Part shown: one piece after another, positions 21,055-31,727 of the stretch
Position numbering within the stretch: position 1 is the stretch's first letter
Layout of the letters: each line of letters opens with the position of its first letter
Assembly (NCBI GenBank): GCA_963842645.1
Contig: CAWJGY010000009.1
Coordinates: forward strand, 15,433 to 79,432
Origin: an uncultured Alphaproteobacteria bacterium
GTDB lineage: Bacteria > Pseudomonadota > Alphaproteobacteria > Rhizobiales > Xanthobacteraceae
Length of the DNA: 64,000 bases
Direction: 5' to 3'
Made by a program: the position numbers and the translations under genes
The notes under the pieces: model-generated
Seen by the model: only the letters and a program-made list of their open reading frames with translations
What the model was told of the DNA's origin: nothing
The model's database searches: none

Positions 21055-21095
21055 TTAAGCGGAGATTAACCTTACTTTTTAACCGTGATTGTTAA
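21055..21095. promoter_or_regulatory. CtrA box plus extra TTAA half-sites upstream of the OMP genes
   Basis: TTAA-GCGGAGA-TTAAC at 21055-21070 (exact TTAA-N7-TTAAC); further TTAA at 21079 and 21092. Confidence 0.75.
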
Positions 21096-21120
21096 GGACC
21101 GGCATCCGCGCACAACGAAC

Positions 21121-21156
21121 AACGGCCCGCGAATTCAATGGACATCGCGGGCCGTT
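21121..21156 (-). terminator. Stem-loop downstream of bfr
   Basis: aacggcccgcga ... tcgcgggccgtt 12-bp inverted repeat. Confidence 0.6.
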
Positions 21157-21188
21157 AAATTCTTGTTCACCGCTGTGGCGCGCGGCGA

Positions 21189-21674
21189 TCACTCGGCTTC
21201 TTTGATCTCGCCGATGTGGTGCTGCGAGTAGAGCTCGACGCCGAGCTTGGCGACGAGGTCAAGCTGCTTTTCGAGGAAGTCGATGTGGTGCTCCTCGTCC
21301 TTCATCAGCTTCTCGAACAGATCGCGAGTGACGTAGTCGCGCACGCCGTGGCAGTGGGTCGCCGCCTCCTCGTAGAGCGCGCGCGCCGAAATCTCGGCCT
21401 TGAGATCGCAATCGAGGATCTCCTTGACGTTCTGACCGATGTGCAGCGGATCGAGCACCTGCATGTTGGGAAAGCCGTCGAGGAAGATGATGCGGTCGAC
21501 CAGCTTGTCGGCGTGCTCCATCTCCTCGATCGATTCCTTGCGCCACTGCTTGGCGAGCGATTCCAGGCCCCAATTGTCCAGCAGGCGGTAGTGCAGCCAG
21601 TACTGGTTGATGGCGGTGAGTTCGTGCCGCAGCGCCTTGTTGAGATATTCGATGACCTTGGGTTCGCCCTTCAT
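21189..21674 (-). CDS. bfr: Bacterioferritin
   Basis: [27 protein letters not shown] (heme Met), [10 protein letters not shown]; 161 aa. Confidence 0.97.
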   Translation of the reverse strand: MKGEPKVIEYLNKALRHELTAINQYWLHYRLLDNWGLESLAKQWRKESIEEMEHADKLVDRIIFLDGFPNMQVLDPLHIGQNVKEILDCDLKAEISARALYEEAATHCHGVRDYVTRDLFEKLMKDEEHHIDFLEKQLDLVAKLGVELYSQHHIGEIKEAE

Positions 21675-21722
21675 CCTGCACTCCATGGCACTGCGACCGA
21701 TGGGGGCCTGCACCATCGGCTG

Positions 21723-21739
21723 GTTAGAACAATTCTAGA
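21723..21739. promoter_or_regulatory. Irr box (iron control element) upstream of bfr
   Basis: GTTAGAA-CAA-TTCTAGA versus consensus TTTAGAA-N3-TTCTAAA. Confidence 0.75.
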
Positions 21740-21814
21740 ATAGCGAATTTGGTTTCAGCCAGCACCAATGGACGGCCATCCACCGTCCGATTGCGAGCGG
21801 CAAAATCAGCGATT

Positions 21815-22027
21815 TCAGGTCGATTGACGGGCGCAGCCGCCGCAGGCGGTGGCCGCGGCGTCGAGCGCTTCGTCCATGATCTTGCGGATGGTGCGGGCGC
21901 AGCGGCCGCATTGGGCGCTGCAGCCGAGGCAGCCATAGACCTGCCCGGTCGAGCGCGGCCGCGCCTCCGCCGTGACGGCGGTGCGGACATCGTGGTCGCT
22001 CAAAACGTTGCAGGAGCAGACGATCAT
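21815..22027 (-). CDS. bfd: Bacterioferritin-associated ferredoxin
   Basis: MIVCSCN...CGRC; adjacent to bfr. Confidence 0.92.
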   Translation of the reverse strand: MIVCSCNVLSDHDVRTAVTAEARPRSTGQVYGCLGCSAQCGRCARTIRKIMDEALDAAATACGGCARQST

Positions 22028-22097
22028 GGGATGGTCCCGGAGCGGACATTTCGATACCGTGCACGTGCCCGTCTCCAGGCAAAAGAAATCGACCGTT

Positions 22098-22114
22098 TTT
22101 ACAGGTTGTCTAAA
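22098..22114. promoter_or_regulatory. ICE-like (Irr) site upstream of bfd
   Basis: Minus strand TTTAGAC-AAC-CTGTAAA; three mismatches to consensus. Confidence 0.5.
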
Positions 22115-22174
22115 CTGTGAAACTCCAGGATTCTCAGGGGCTTTTGCGATTTTCCACAGGCGCCGGCAACGCTT

Positions 22175-23519
22175 CTACGCGGCAGCGTCGGTCAGCGCCT
22201 CGACGATGCCGTCGACCACGTCCTCGACCAGGGACTTGTTGTCGCCCTCGCCCATCACCCGGATCACCGGCTCGGTGCCGGAGGGGCGGATCACCAGCCG
22301 GCCCTGGCCGTTGAGCTTCTGCTCGGCGCTCTTGATGGCGAGCCGGACCTTGGCGTCCTCCAGCGGCTTGCCCGTCTTGTAGCGCACGTTGCGCAGGATC
22401 TGCGGCAGCGGCTCGAAGCGGTGGCAGACCTGGGACACCGGCTTGTCCTGCTTCTTGACCACCGCCAGCACCTGCAGCGCGGCCACGAGGCCGTCGCCGG
22501 TGGTGGCATAATCCGACAGGATGATATGGCCGGAGGCTTCGCCGCCGACGTTGTAGCCGTGCTCGCGCATATGCTCGAGCACATAGCGGTCGCCGACCGC
22601 GGTGCGGGCGAGCGACAAGCCCGAGCGTGCCGAGATAGCGCTCCAGGCCGAGGTTCGACATCACGGTCGCGACCACGCCGGGCTTGGCGAGACGGCCGTC
22701 GGCCTGCCAGCTTTCGGCGATCACCGCCATGAGCTGATCGCCATCGACGACGTGGCCGCGTTCATCGACGATCAGCAGCCGGTCGGCGTCGCCGTCGAGC
22801 GCGATACCGATGTCGGCGCGCACCTCGCGCACCTTTGCCGCGAGCGCCGCCGGCTCGGTCGAGCCGCAATCCTTGTTGATGTTGAAGCCATCCGGCTCGA
22901 CGCCGAACTTGATGACCTCGGCGCCCAGCTCCCACAGCGCGTCGGGCGCCACCTGATAGGCGGCGCCGTTGGCGCAGTCGATCACGACGCGCAGGCCATC
23001 GAGCGACAGATTGCGCGGCAGCGTGCGCTTGGCGAATTCGATGTAGCGGTCCTGCACGCCGTCGATGCGCTTGGCGCGTCCGAGATCGGCCGACTTCGCG
23101 AGCCGCTTGGCAAGATCGCCGTCCATCAGCTTTTCGATCTTGAGCTCGATCTCGTCGGACAGCTTGTAGCCGTCCGGCCCGAACAGCTTGATGCCGTTGT
23201 CGTCGTAAGGATTGTGCGAGGCCGAGATCATCACGCCGAGATCGGCGCGCATCGAGCGCGTCAGCATGGCAACCGCCGGCGTCGGCATCGGACCGGTGAG
23301 CAGCACGTCCATGCCGACCGAGGTGAAGCCCGCCACCAGCGCGGTCTCGATCATGTATCCGGACAGCCGCGTGTCCTTGCCGATCAGCACGCGATGACGG
23401 TGCTCGCCGTTCTGAAACATCACGCCCGCGGCCTGCCCGACCTTGAGGGCAAGCTCCGGCGTGATCGTGCCGTTGGCGCGGCCACGAATGCCGTCAGTGC
23501 CGAAATACTTGCGAACCAC
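22175..23519 (-). CDS. glmM: Phosphoglucosamine mutase (apparent frameshift at ~22615)
   Basis: [53 protein letters not shown]. Confidence 0.96.
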
Positions 23520-23661
23520 GCTGCGTTCCCCGAACCCGAAATCTATGCACCGAACCGGCGCTCCCCGCACCGGACACGTATTATAGAGCGAGTTTACCCC
23601 CAACTGCTTCAAGAAATATGTGCGATCGTTGCGCCGCCCGGACGCAGGGGTCGTAACCTTA

Positions 23662-23943
23662 TTAGATCGTTACGGCCGCCGGGCAACCGCGCAAAAGCCG
23701 GCCAAACGGCCGGCTTTTGCAGGAACTCTGTTCATATCGCCTAATGGGAACGTTCTTCTTTCCGCATGCTGCTTGTCGACCTTGTTTTGACGGCTGGGTG
23801 ATGCTGACCGGATCAGAGCCGGCCATCAACTCTTCCAGGCCTTCCTCCAGCTTCCGCTCCATCGTGTCGTCCGGCTTCTCGTGCGGCGGCTTGTGCTTCA
23901 CGTCCGGATCGCCGCCACGCTTCTTGGTCGCGGGATGCTCCAT
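23662..23943 (-). CDS. Small hypothetical protein
   Basis: RBS GAAGGAGAG; [20 protein letters not shown] motif; 3' end uncertain. Confidence 0.55.
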   Translation of the reverse strand: MEHPATKKRGGDPDVKHKPPHEKPDDTMERKLEEGLEELMAGSDPVSITQPSKQGRQAACGKKNVPIRRYEQSSCKSRPFGRLLRGCPAAVTI

Positions 23944-24087
23944 GGAACTCTCCTTCTCGGTAAAATTCGATCCAGAAATCAGTCCCATAACAACGCCCGA
24001 TAGGGCTGTTGCGTTCCCCTGCGCGGCAGACGTCCAGAGCCGGTTTCATGCTATCGATAGGGCCGGGTTCCATGACGGGTGTCCGGC

Positions 24088-25262
24088 ATGAAGTCATTTC
24101 CCTGCATCGAGGACCTGCGGCAACGCGCGCGGCGCAACGTGCCGAAGATGTTCTTCGATTACGCCGACGCCGGCTCCTACAGCGAGGAGACGCTGCGCGC
24201 CAACCGCTCCGACATGGAACGCATCAAGCTGCGCCAGCGCGTCCTGGTCGACGTCGATCAGCGCAGCACCGCGACGACCATCCTCGGCGAGCCGGTGCCG
24301 GTGCCGCTGGCGCTCGGCCCGATCGGGCTCGGCGGCATGATGCACGGCGACGGCGAGATCATGGCCTGCCGCGCGGCGCAGGCGGCCGGCATCCCGTACA
24401 CGCTGTCCACCATGTCGATCAATTCGATCGAGGACGTGGCCGGCGCGGTCGACAAGCCGTTCTGGTTCCAGCTCTACGTCATGCGCGACCGCGGCTTCAT
24501 CCGCGAACTGATCCAGCGCGCGGCGGCGGCGAAATGCAGCGCGCTGATGCTCACGGTCGATCTTCAGGTGCTCGGCCAGCGGCACAACGACGTGCGCAAC
24601 GGCCTGACCGTGCCGCCGGAGATCAAGCTCAAGAACGTCATCGACATCGCCACCAAGCCGGCCTGGGCGTTCTCGATCCTCAAGGGCAAGCGCAAGACCT
24701 TCGGCAACCTCGCCGGCCACGTGAAGGGCATGGAGAACATCAACTCGCTGGCCGCCTGGACCGCGAGCCAGTTCGACCCGACGCTGACCTGGAAGGACGT
24801 CGAGTGGGTCAAGAGCCTGTGGCCGGGCAAGCTCATCCTCAAGGGCATCCTCGACGTCGACGACGCCAAGATCGCGGTGACGACCGGCGCCGACGCCATC
24901 AGCGTGTCCAACCACGGCGGCCGCCAGCTCGACGGCGCGCCGTCGGCGATCTCGGCGCTGCCGCGCGTGGTCGACGCGGTCGGCTCCGAGATCGAGGTGA
25001 TGTTCGATTCCGGCGTGCGCACCGGCGCCGACATGATGCGGGCGCTGGCGCTCGGCGCGCGCTCTTGCATTGTCGGCCGTTCGTACATTTATGGATTGGG
25101 CGCCGGCGGACAGGCCGGCGTCGCGCGCGCCATCGAGATCCTGCAGCAAGGAGCTCGACGTCACCATGGCGCTGTGCGGCGTCAAAAGCGTCGCCGACAT
25201 CAACCGCGACGTGCTTCGCCGACCAACGCGAGATAGGCGCCATGAAGATGAGGCCGCCATGA
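24088..25262 (+). CDS. lldD: FMN-dependent alpha-hydroxy-acid dehydrogenase (L-lactate dehydrogenase-like; apparent 3' frameshifts)
   Basis: FFDYADAGS, WFQLY, LTVD, ILKGI, VSNHGGRQLD, DSGVRTG. Confidence 0.85.
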
Positions 25263-25624
25263 AGATTCCCGGACCCGATCATCCGATCACCATCAAGCCG
25301 GCGACCGAGCGCGTGCGCGTGACCTTCAACGGCAAGGTCGTCGCCGACACCAGGCGCGCGCTGGTGCTGCAGGAGGCCGCCTACAAGCCGGTGTTCTACA
25401 TTCCGCGCGAGGACGCGCAGATGGCGCTGTTCGCGCGCACCACGAACTCGACGCATTGCCCTTACAAGGGCGACGCCTCCTATTACACGATCAAGGTCGG
25501 CGACCACGCGGCGGAGAATGCGATCTGGAGCTACGAGACGCCGTTCCCGGCGATGAAGGAGATCGACGGGCACCTGGCGTTCTATCCCAACCGCGTCGAC
25601 ACGATCGAGGTGACACCAGCATAG
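25259..25624 (+). CDS. DUF427 domain protein
   Basis: GPDHPITI, L.EAAYKPVFYIPR, THCPYKGDASY, WSYE. Confidence 0.9.
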   Translation: MKIPGPDHPITIKPATERVRVTFNGKVVADTRRALVLQEAAYKPVFYIPREDAQMALFARTTNSTHCPYKGDASYYTIKVGDHAAENAIWSYETPFPAMKEIDGHLAFYPNRVDTIEVTPA

Positions 25625-25636
25625 CCGAGAGGTCGG

Positions 25637-25707
25637 CATGTCCGCTCTTCCCCCCGAAAGCGGACATGGCAGGCGAATTGCATGGCCGCTGAATGCCATG
25701 AGACATC
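25637..25707. repeat. Hairpin repeat of the ATGTCCGC...GCGGACAT family (one intact and one degenerate unit)
   Basis: catgtccgct-cttcccccgaa-agcggacatg at 25637-25668; degenerate unit starting 25681. Confidence 0.85.
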
Positions 25708-25801
25708 GCAGCCCCTTCCGCGCCCATCGCCAAGCGGCTAGCTTTGTTCGAAAGCCAGCAGGCACGCTGACGGCCTGCATTTTTGCAATCGGGGCAACGC
25801 A

Positions 25802-26783
25802 ATGAAACTTGGACGCCGCACCTTCTTGCATCTGGCAGCGGGCGCTGTCGCGCTGCCAGCCGTCACGCGGATCGCACGGGCGCAAGCCTATCCATCGCGG
25901 CCGGTGCGCGCGATCGTGCCGTTCGCGCCCGGCGGCCAGACCGACGTGGTCGCCCGCCTGATCGCGCAAAAACTGTCCGATCGGCTGGGCAAGCAGTTCT
26001 ACATCGAGAATGCCGCAGGCGCCGGCGGCAACATCGGCGCGGCCCGGGCCGCCCAGGCGGCGCCGGACGGCTATACGATCCTGTTCATCGATGCGATCGG
26101 CTTCACCGCAAACCCTAATCTCTACAGCACGATGCTCCTATGACCCGGTGAAGGACTTCGATGCGGTCGGGATTGGCGCGATCACCATGCAGGTGCTCGC
26201 GGTCCATCCGTCGGTTCCCGCGCAGACCGTGCAGGAGCTGGTGGCTCTGATCAAAGCCAGTCCGGGCAAATACAGCTATGGCTCGGCGGGTGTCGGCACC
26301 GGCGCGCATCTCACCGGCGAACTATTCCGCACCTCGCTCAAGCTCGATCTGGTGCATGTGCCCTATGGCGGCGGCGGCCCAGCGATTGCGGCGGCGGTTG
26401 CCGGCCACACGCCGCTTTCCTTCGGCTCGGCCGCGGCGACAATTCCGCAGCACCAAGAAGGCAAACTGCGCGCGCTCGCGGTCGGCGGCAACAAGCGATT
26501 GAAGGGGCTGCCGTCGATTCCGACCTTCACCGAGGTGGGCTATCCGGTGGACTGTAACGCCGTCGTTGGAGTTCTCGCGCCGGCCAACACTCCGAAAGAC
26601 ATCATCGCGCTGCTCAATCGCGAAATCGCCGCGGCCGTCACGCCGCCCGACGTGCAGGAGCGCCTGACGACGTTGGGCTTCGAGACCGCGACCGCTACTC
26701 CGGACGAGCTTGCAGCCTTCCTGAAGGCGGAGATCCCGAAGTGGGCCGGCGTTATCCAGGCTGCGGGCATCAAGGCGAATTGA
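25802..26783 (+). CDS. Bug/TctC tripartite tricarboxylate transporter substrate-binding protein (apparent frameshift at ~26130)
   Basis: Tat-like MKLGRRTFLHLAAG, YPSRPVR.IVPFAPGG, GAGGNIG, APDGYT, HVPYGGG, IPTFTE. Confidence 0.9.
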
Positions 26784-26908
26784 ACTGCGACGTTCATAGC
26801 TTTGTTACACTTGCACACGGCACCATGCCCGCTTTGGCCTGGATGCCCTGCTTTTGCGCGGCATGACAGTGGGGTTTAATCGCGCCAGCCGAAATCGCGG
26901 AGAGCAGG

Positions 26909-28438
26909 ATGCCCACATTCGAAAAGCCCAGCGTCGCCGATCTGCGCCACGCCGCCGAGCAGCTCGGCATGAACCCGAGCATGATGTACCTCAACACCGT
27001 GCAGGACATCGTCGCGCCGCTGGTGCGCGGCCTATGCCGCGCTCGACGCGGTGCCCGACGAGAAGCCCGCGGTGAAATATCCGCGCGACGGCGGCCGGCG
27101 GCCAATGCCCGAGGAGAACAAGCTCGGCGCCTGGTACGTGAAGACCTCGATCAAGGGCAAAGCCTCCGGCAAGCTCGCCGGCCGCCGCGTGGCGCTGAAG
27201 GACAACGTCTGCCTCGCCGGCGTGCCGATGATGGTCGGCGCCGGCGTTCCTCGACGGCTCGGTGCCCGACATCGACGCCACCATCGTCACCCGCATCCTC
27301 GACGAAGGCGGCGAGATCGCGGGCAAGGCGGTGTGCGAATATTACTGCGTGTCCGGCGGCAGCCACACGAGCTCGACCGGCCCGGTGCAGAATCCGCGAA
27401 AGCACGGCTTCACCACCGGCGGCTCGTCGTCGGGCAGCGCCGCGCTGGTCGCGGCCGGCGAGGTGCCGATGGCGATCGGCGGCGACCAGGCCGGCTCGAT
27501 CCGCATTCCCGGCGAGCTATTGCGGCATCGTCGGCATGAAGCCGACCTTCGGCCTCGTGCCCTACACCGGCATCGGACCGCTGGAGATCACCATCGACAC
27601 CGCCGGGCCCGATGACGGCGAATGTCGCCGACAACGCGCTGCTGCTCGAGGTGCTCGCCGGCCCCGACGGACTCGACTCGCGCCAGCACCAGGTCCCGCG
27701 CGTCGACAAATACACCGAGGCGCTGCGCCAGGGCGTCAAGGGCCTGCGCATCGGCGTGCTGAAGGAGGGCTTCGGCCATCGCAATTCGGAGCCGGACGTC
27801 GACGCCAAGGTGCGCGCCGCGGCCGAGCGCTTCAAATCGCTCGGCGCCAGCGTCGAGGAGGTGTCGGTGCCCGAGCATCTGACGCTCGGATTTCCGGTGT
27901 GGGCGGCGATCCGCGGCGACGCCGCCTGCGTCACGCTGCTGGAGATGAACGGCTTCGGCCTCGGCTACGAGGGGCTTCTATCCGCTGAGCGCGATCGAGG
28001 CGGCGATGAAATGGCGCGACCACGCCGACGAATTCGCCGACACGCTGAAGATCGCCACGATCTTCTCGAAATACACGCTCGACCGCTACGGCGGCGCATT
28101 ACTACGGCAAGGCGCAGAACCTGCGGCGGCGGCTGCGCGCGGCCTATGACGCTGCGCTCAGATCGCACGACCTGCTGCTGTTGCCGACCACGGTGATCAA
28201 GGCGACGCCGATCCCCGGGCCCGGCGCGAGCCCGCAGGAGATCACGCGGCGAAGCTGGGAGGGCACGCGCAACACCTGCCCGTTCAACGTCACCGGCCAT
28301 CCGGCGATCAGCATTCCCTGCGGCATGGAGGACGGCCGGCCGATCGGGCTGATGCTGGTCGGCAAGCACTGGGACGAACGCACGATCTATCGCGCGAGCG
28401 AGGCGTTCGAGAAATCCGGCGATTGGATGAAGTTCTAG
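26909..28438 (+). CDS. Amidase-signature family amidase (multiple apparent frameshifts)
   Basis: [45 protein letters not shown]. Confidence 0.88.
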
Positions 28439-28460
28439 CGCGACGGTGCCACCAACTCAG

Positions 28461-28491
28461 CGTCATTGCCGGGCTTGACCCGGTGATGACG
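28461..28491. repeat. CGTC-family REP palindrome between convergent genes
   Basis: cgtcattgccggg-cttga-cccggtgatgacg. Confidence 0.75.
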
Positions 28492-28499
28492 GCGGTGAA

Positions 28500-29896
28500 C
28501 TACGGAATCTGAAACACCGCCATCTTGTCGGAGACGCCGCGGAGCGCGGCGAGCTGCTCGGTCGGCATCAGCTTGTTCGCCGCGATCATCTTGGACGACC
28601 TGCGGATGCTCGACCACCGGCTTGGTGGCGAAGATCGCGCGCTCGTTGGCCAGGCCCTGCACGCGGGCGGCGATGTTGACGGTCTGGCCGAAGTAATCGA
28701 GCCGGTCGTTGAGCGTCACCGCGAGGCACGGGCCTTCGTGGATGCCGATCTTGATCAGCAGATCCTTCTTCAGCGCGCGCACCGAGTCGCGCATGCGCAG
28801 CGCCGCGGCAAGCGCCCGGTCGGGCGACGGAAACGTCGCCATCACCGCGTCGCCGATGGTCTTGACCACGGCGCCCGCCTCGGACGCGACGATCTCGTTG
28901 AGCACGCGGAAATGCTCGCGCACCAGATCGTAGGCGACGATGTCGCCGACCCGCTCGTAGAGCTCGGTCGAGCCCTTGAGGTCGGTGAACAGGAAGGTCA
29001 GGCTCGTGATCTTCAGCCCCTGGTCGACGTCGAGCGTGTCGGTGCGATAGATGTCGCGGAATGTCTGATTGGTGAGCAAGCAGCTTCGCGGTCAGGAACG
29101 GCCGGCGCTTGCCGAGCAGATCGTGCAGCGTGTGGCCGGCGATCCACAGCGACGGCAGCGCGCGCACGTCGCTGCGGTTGTCGACCGCAAGCCGCAGCGG
29201 TCCGGGCCGCATCTCGGTGGTGATGGTTGGCGCCTGCATCTTGTCGTAGATCAGCGACAAGGTCTGGCGCTCCTTGGTCGGCTCGCCCTTGACGTCGATG
29301 AAATGCGCGGCATGCGTCACCGGCTCGAACACGATGACGAACTCGGCCGGCAGTTGCACCGAGATCTGTCCCTTCTCGCCGGGGCCAAGTTCGATCGAGT
29401 CGATGGTGATCTCCTCCAGGATCTGTTCGAGGCCGGTTTCCGGCAGGTCGATCCCGGTGCCCCAGAACGTCTGGCGGAAGTATTCCCACACCGGCAGCGT
29501 GTGCGGATCGTGCGCCGCAATCCTGCGCACGCGCGGGCTGACGGTGAAGGCGACCTCGACCATCTCGTCGAGCGTCGGCTCGTAGGCCTTCGAACACAGC
29601 GCGCAGTCGTAGGCCTCCTTGTGCACCGACTTGAGCTGCAGGCTGGAGTCGAGCACGCCGCCGCAGCCGGGGCACAGCACGTTCCAGTTCAGCTCGAACA
29701 GGCCGAGCCGCGAGGCGTGCAGGAAGGCGCTGATGACTTTTTCTTCGTTGAAACCGCGCTTGGCGGCAAATGCCAGCACGTTGATGCGGCACAGATGCCG
29801 GTCCTCGCCGTCGCGGACCAGCGTCTCGATCGCGGTGAAAACATCCGGATCGGCCGAATTGCGAAGCGCGCCGAACAAGGTCTGCGTGTCGTTCAT
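28500..29896 (-). CDS. Adenylate/guanylate cyclase with DUF5939-like N-terminus (apparent frameshifts at ~29075 and ~28590)
   Basis: LCRIN, W..LCPGC, CALC; FTDLKGST, VKTIGDAVMA, DYFGQTVNIAARV. Confidence 0.88.
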
Positions 29897-30004
29897 GGGG
29901 CCGCAACTTAAGCCGATTTCACCACGCCGCCAGCACAAGTCGATCGCGCCGTTCGCAAAACGCCGTGAGGAGCGCGTGATCGCGTGAGATGAAGGCAGTA
30001 CGCG

Positions 30005-31027
30005 TCACCGCCACCCAAGCCCCGGCGCGACGTGTTTCAGGATCGCCTCGATGACGTGCGCGTTGTAGTCGACGCCGAGCTGGTTCGGCACGGTGAGCAA
30101 GAGCGTGTCGGCCTCGGCGATGGCCTCGTCTCCCTTGAGCTGCTCGACCAGAACGTCCGGTTCCGCGGCATAACTCCGCCCAAAAATCGCCCGCGTGTTG
30201 TCGCCGAGCATGCCGATCTGGTCGTCGCTCTCGTCGTCCCGCCCGAAGTAGGCGCGGTCGCGGTCGTCCACCAGCGCGAAGATGCTGCGGCTGACCGAGA
30301 CGCGCGGCGCGCGCGTGTGGCCGGCCTCCTTCCACGCCGCGCGGAACGCCCGGATCTGCTCGGCCTGCTGAACGTGGAACGGCTTGTCGCTCTCGACCAT
30401 CTTGAGCGTCGAGCTCTGCAGGTTCATGCCGAGCTTCGCCCCCCACACCGCGGTGGCGTTGGAACCCGCGCCCCACCAGATGCGCTCGCGCAGGCCCGCC
30501 GAATAGGGCTCGACCCGCAGCAGGCCCGGCGGGTTCGGGAACATCGGGTTCGGGCTCGGCCGCGCAAAGCCCTCGCCCTTCAGCACTTCGAGAAAGACCT
30601 CCGTGTGCCGCCGCGCCATGTCGGCATCGGTCATGTCCTTGGCCGGCGCGTAGCCGAAGTGGCGAAATCCGTCGACCACTTGTTCCGGTGATCCCCGGCT
30701 GATGCCGAGTTGCAAACGTCCGCCGGCGATGAGGTCGGCCGCGCCAGCATCCTCCGCCATGTACAGCGGGTTCTCGTAGCGCATGTCGATGACCGCTGTG
30801 CCGAGCTCGATCTTTTTGGTCTTCGCGCCGCACGCCGCCAGCAGCGGGAACGGCGAGCCGAGCTGGCGGGCGAAGTGATGCACCCGGAAGTAGGCGCCGT
30901 CCGCGCCGAGCGCTTCGGCCGCGACGGCAAGCTCGATCGATTGCAGCAGCGCGTCGGCCCCCGACCGCGTCTGCGATTGTGGCGAGGGAGTCCAATGGCC
31001 GAAGGAGAGGAAGCCGATTTTTTTCAT
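30005..31027 (-). CDS. LLM-class (luciferase-like) flavin-dependent oxidoreductase
   Basis: MKKIGFLSFGHW, RVHHFARQ, IDMRYENP, GISRGSPEQ, PNQLG. Confidence 0.92.
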   Translation of the reverse strand: MKKIGFLSFGHWTPSPQSQTRSGADALLQSIELAVAAEALGADGAYFRVHHFARQLGSPFPLLAACGAKTKKIELGTAVIDMRYENPLYMAEDAGAADLIAGGRLQLGISRGSPEQVVDGFRHFGYAPAKDMTDADMARRHTEVFLEVLKGEGFARPSPNPMFPNPPGLLRVEPYSAGLRERIWWGAGSNATAVWGAKLGMNLQSSTLKMVESDKPFHVQQAEQIRAFRAAWKEAGHTRAPRVSVSRSIFALVDDRDRAYFGRDDESDDQIGMLGDNTRAIFGRSYAAEPDVLVEQLKGDEAIAEADTLLLTVPNQLGVDYNAHVIEAILKHVAPGLGWR

Positions 31028-31074
31028 GGGATGTATTTGGGATGTATGTGGCGCGTTCGGAGCCGTTGTTTAGC

Positions 31075-31115
31075 TGTCATGGCCGGGCTTGTCCCGGCCA
31101 TCTACGCCTTCCTTC
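31075..31115 (+). repeat. CGTC-family REP, left half of a doublet
   Basis: tgtcatggccgggcttgtcccggccatc...; 30/36 identical to the reverse complement of 33960-33995. Confidence 0.85.
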
Positions 31116-31169
31116 CATGCCGCCTTGCCGCGTCTTGTTCCGGTGCGGACTTAGGATTATATTCCAGAC

Positions 31170-31727
31170 ATGCGCCCACCCCTCCAATCCCCCATCGCCC
31201 GGATCGGCGTGCGGCAGGACCGCGACGAGCCGGACGCCGTGGTCGGCCCGCGGCCGCGCGGATCGCGCCGCCTGCACACCGACGCGAAGGTCGCAGGCGT
31301 CCGCCGCCTGGTCGAGCAGACCACGCTGACCTATGGCGAGATCGCGCAGCGCACCGGCGTCGGCCGCGCCAGCATCTGCCGCTGGACCCGCGAAGGCGGC
31401 TGGCAGCGGCCGGCCTTCGCGCCGCGCGCGACCAACACGGTGCCGACCGCCCGCGCCGGCGCCCGCCTGAGGCTGCGCACCTTGGCCGCGCGCCTCGCCG
31501 CGCTCGCCGAGCACCACATCCGCGAGCTGGAGGACAGCGCCTGCGTCGATCCCGACAAGCTCGGCGAGGCGCTGGATCTTCTGAAGATGGCCAAGTCGCC
31601 GCTCGCGCGAAAGCGGAGATCGGGCTCACATCCGTTCGTCCTCGCGCGGGGCAACTGCAGGAACTTGCCGCTCGAACCAGGCTTTGCTTTGCTGCGATCG
31701 ACGACCCTCGACGGGAGCCCGATATGA
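31170..31727 (+). CDS. Hypothetical helix-turn-helix protein
   Basis: LTYGEIAQRTGVGRASICRW HTH pattern, then a helical region; stop overlaps the next start (ATGA). Confidence 0.65.
   Translation: MRPPLQSPIARIGVRQDRDEPDAVVGPRPRGSRRLHTDAKVAGVRRLVEQTTLTYGEIAQRTGVGRASICRWTREGGWQRPAFAPRATNTVPTARAGARLRLRTLAARLAALAEHHIRELEDSACVDPDKLGEALDLLKMAKSPLARKRRSGSHPFVLARGNCRNLPLEPGFALLRSTTLDGSPI

Noticed and set aside
31028-31047. gggatgtat direct repeat upstream of the LLM gene as an operator
   Set aside because: Only two 9-bp copies, overlapping the RBS region; too little support.
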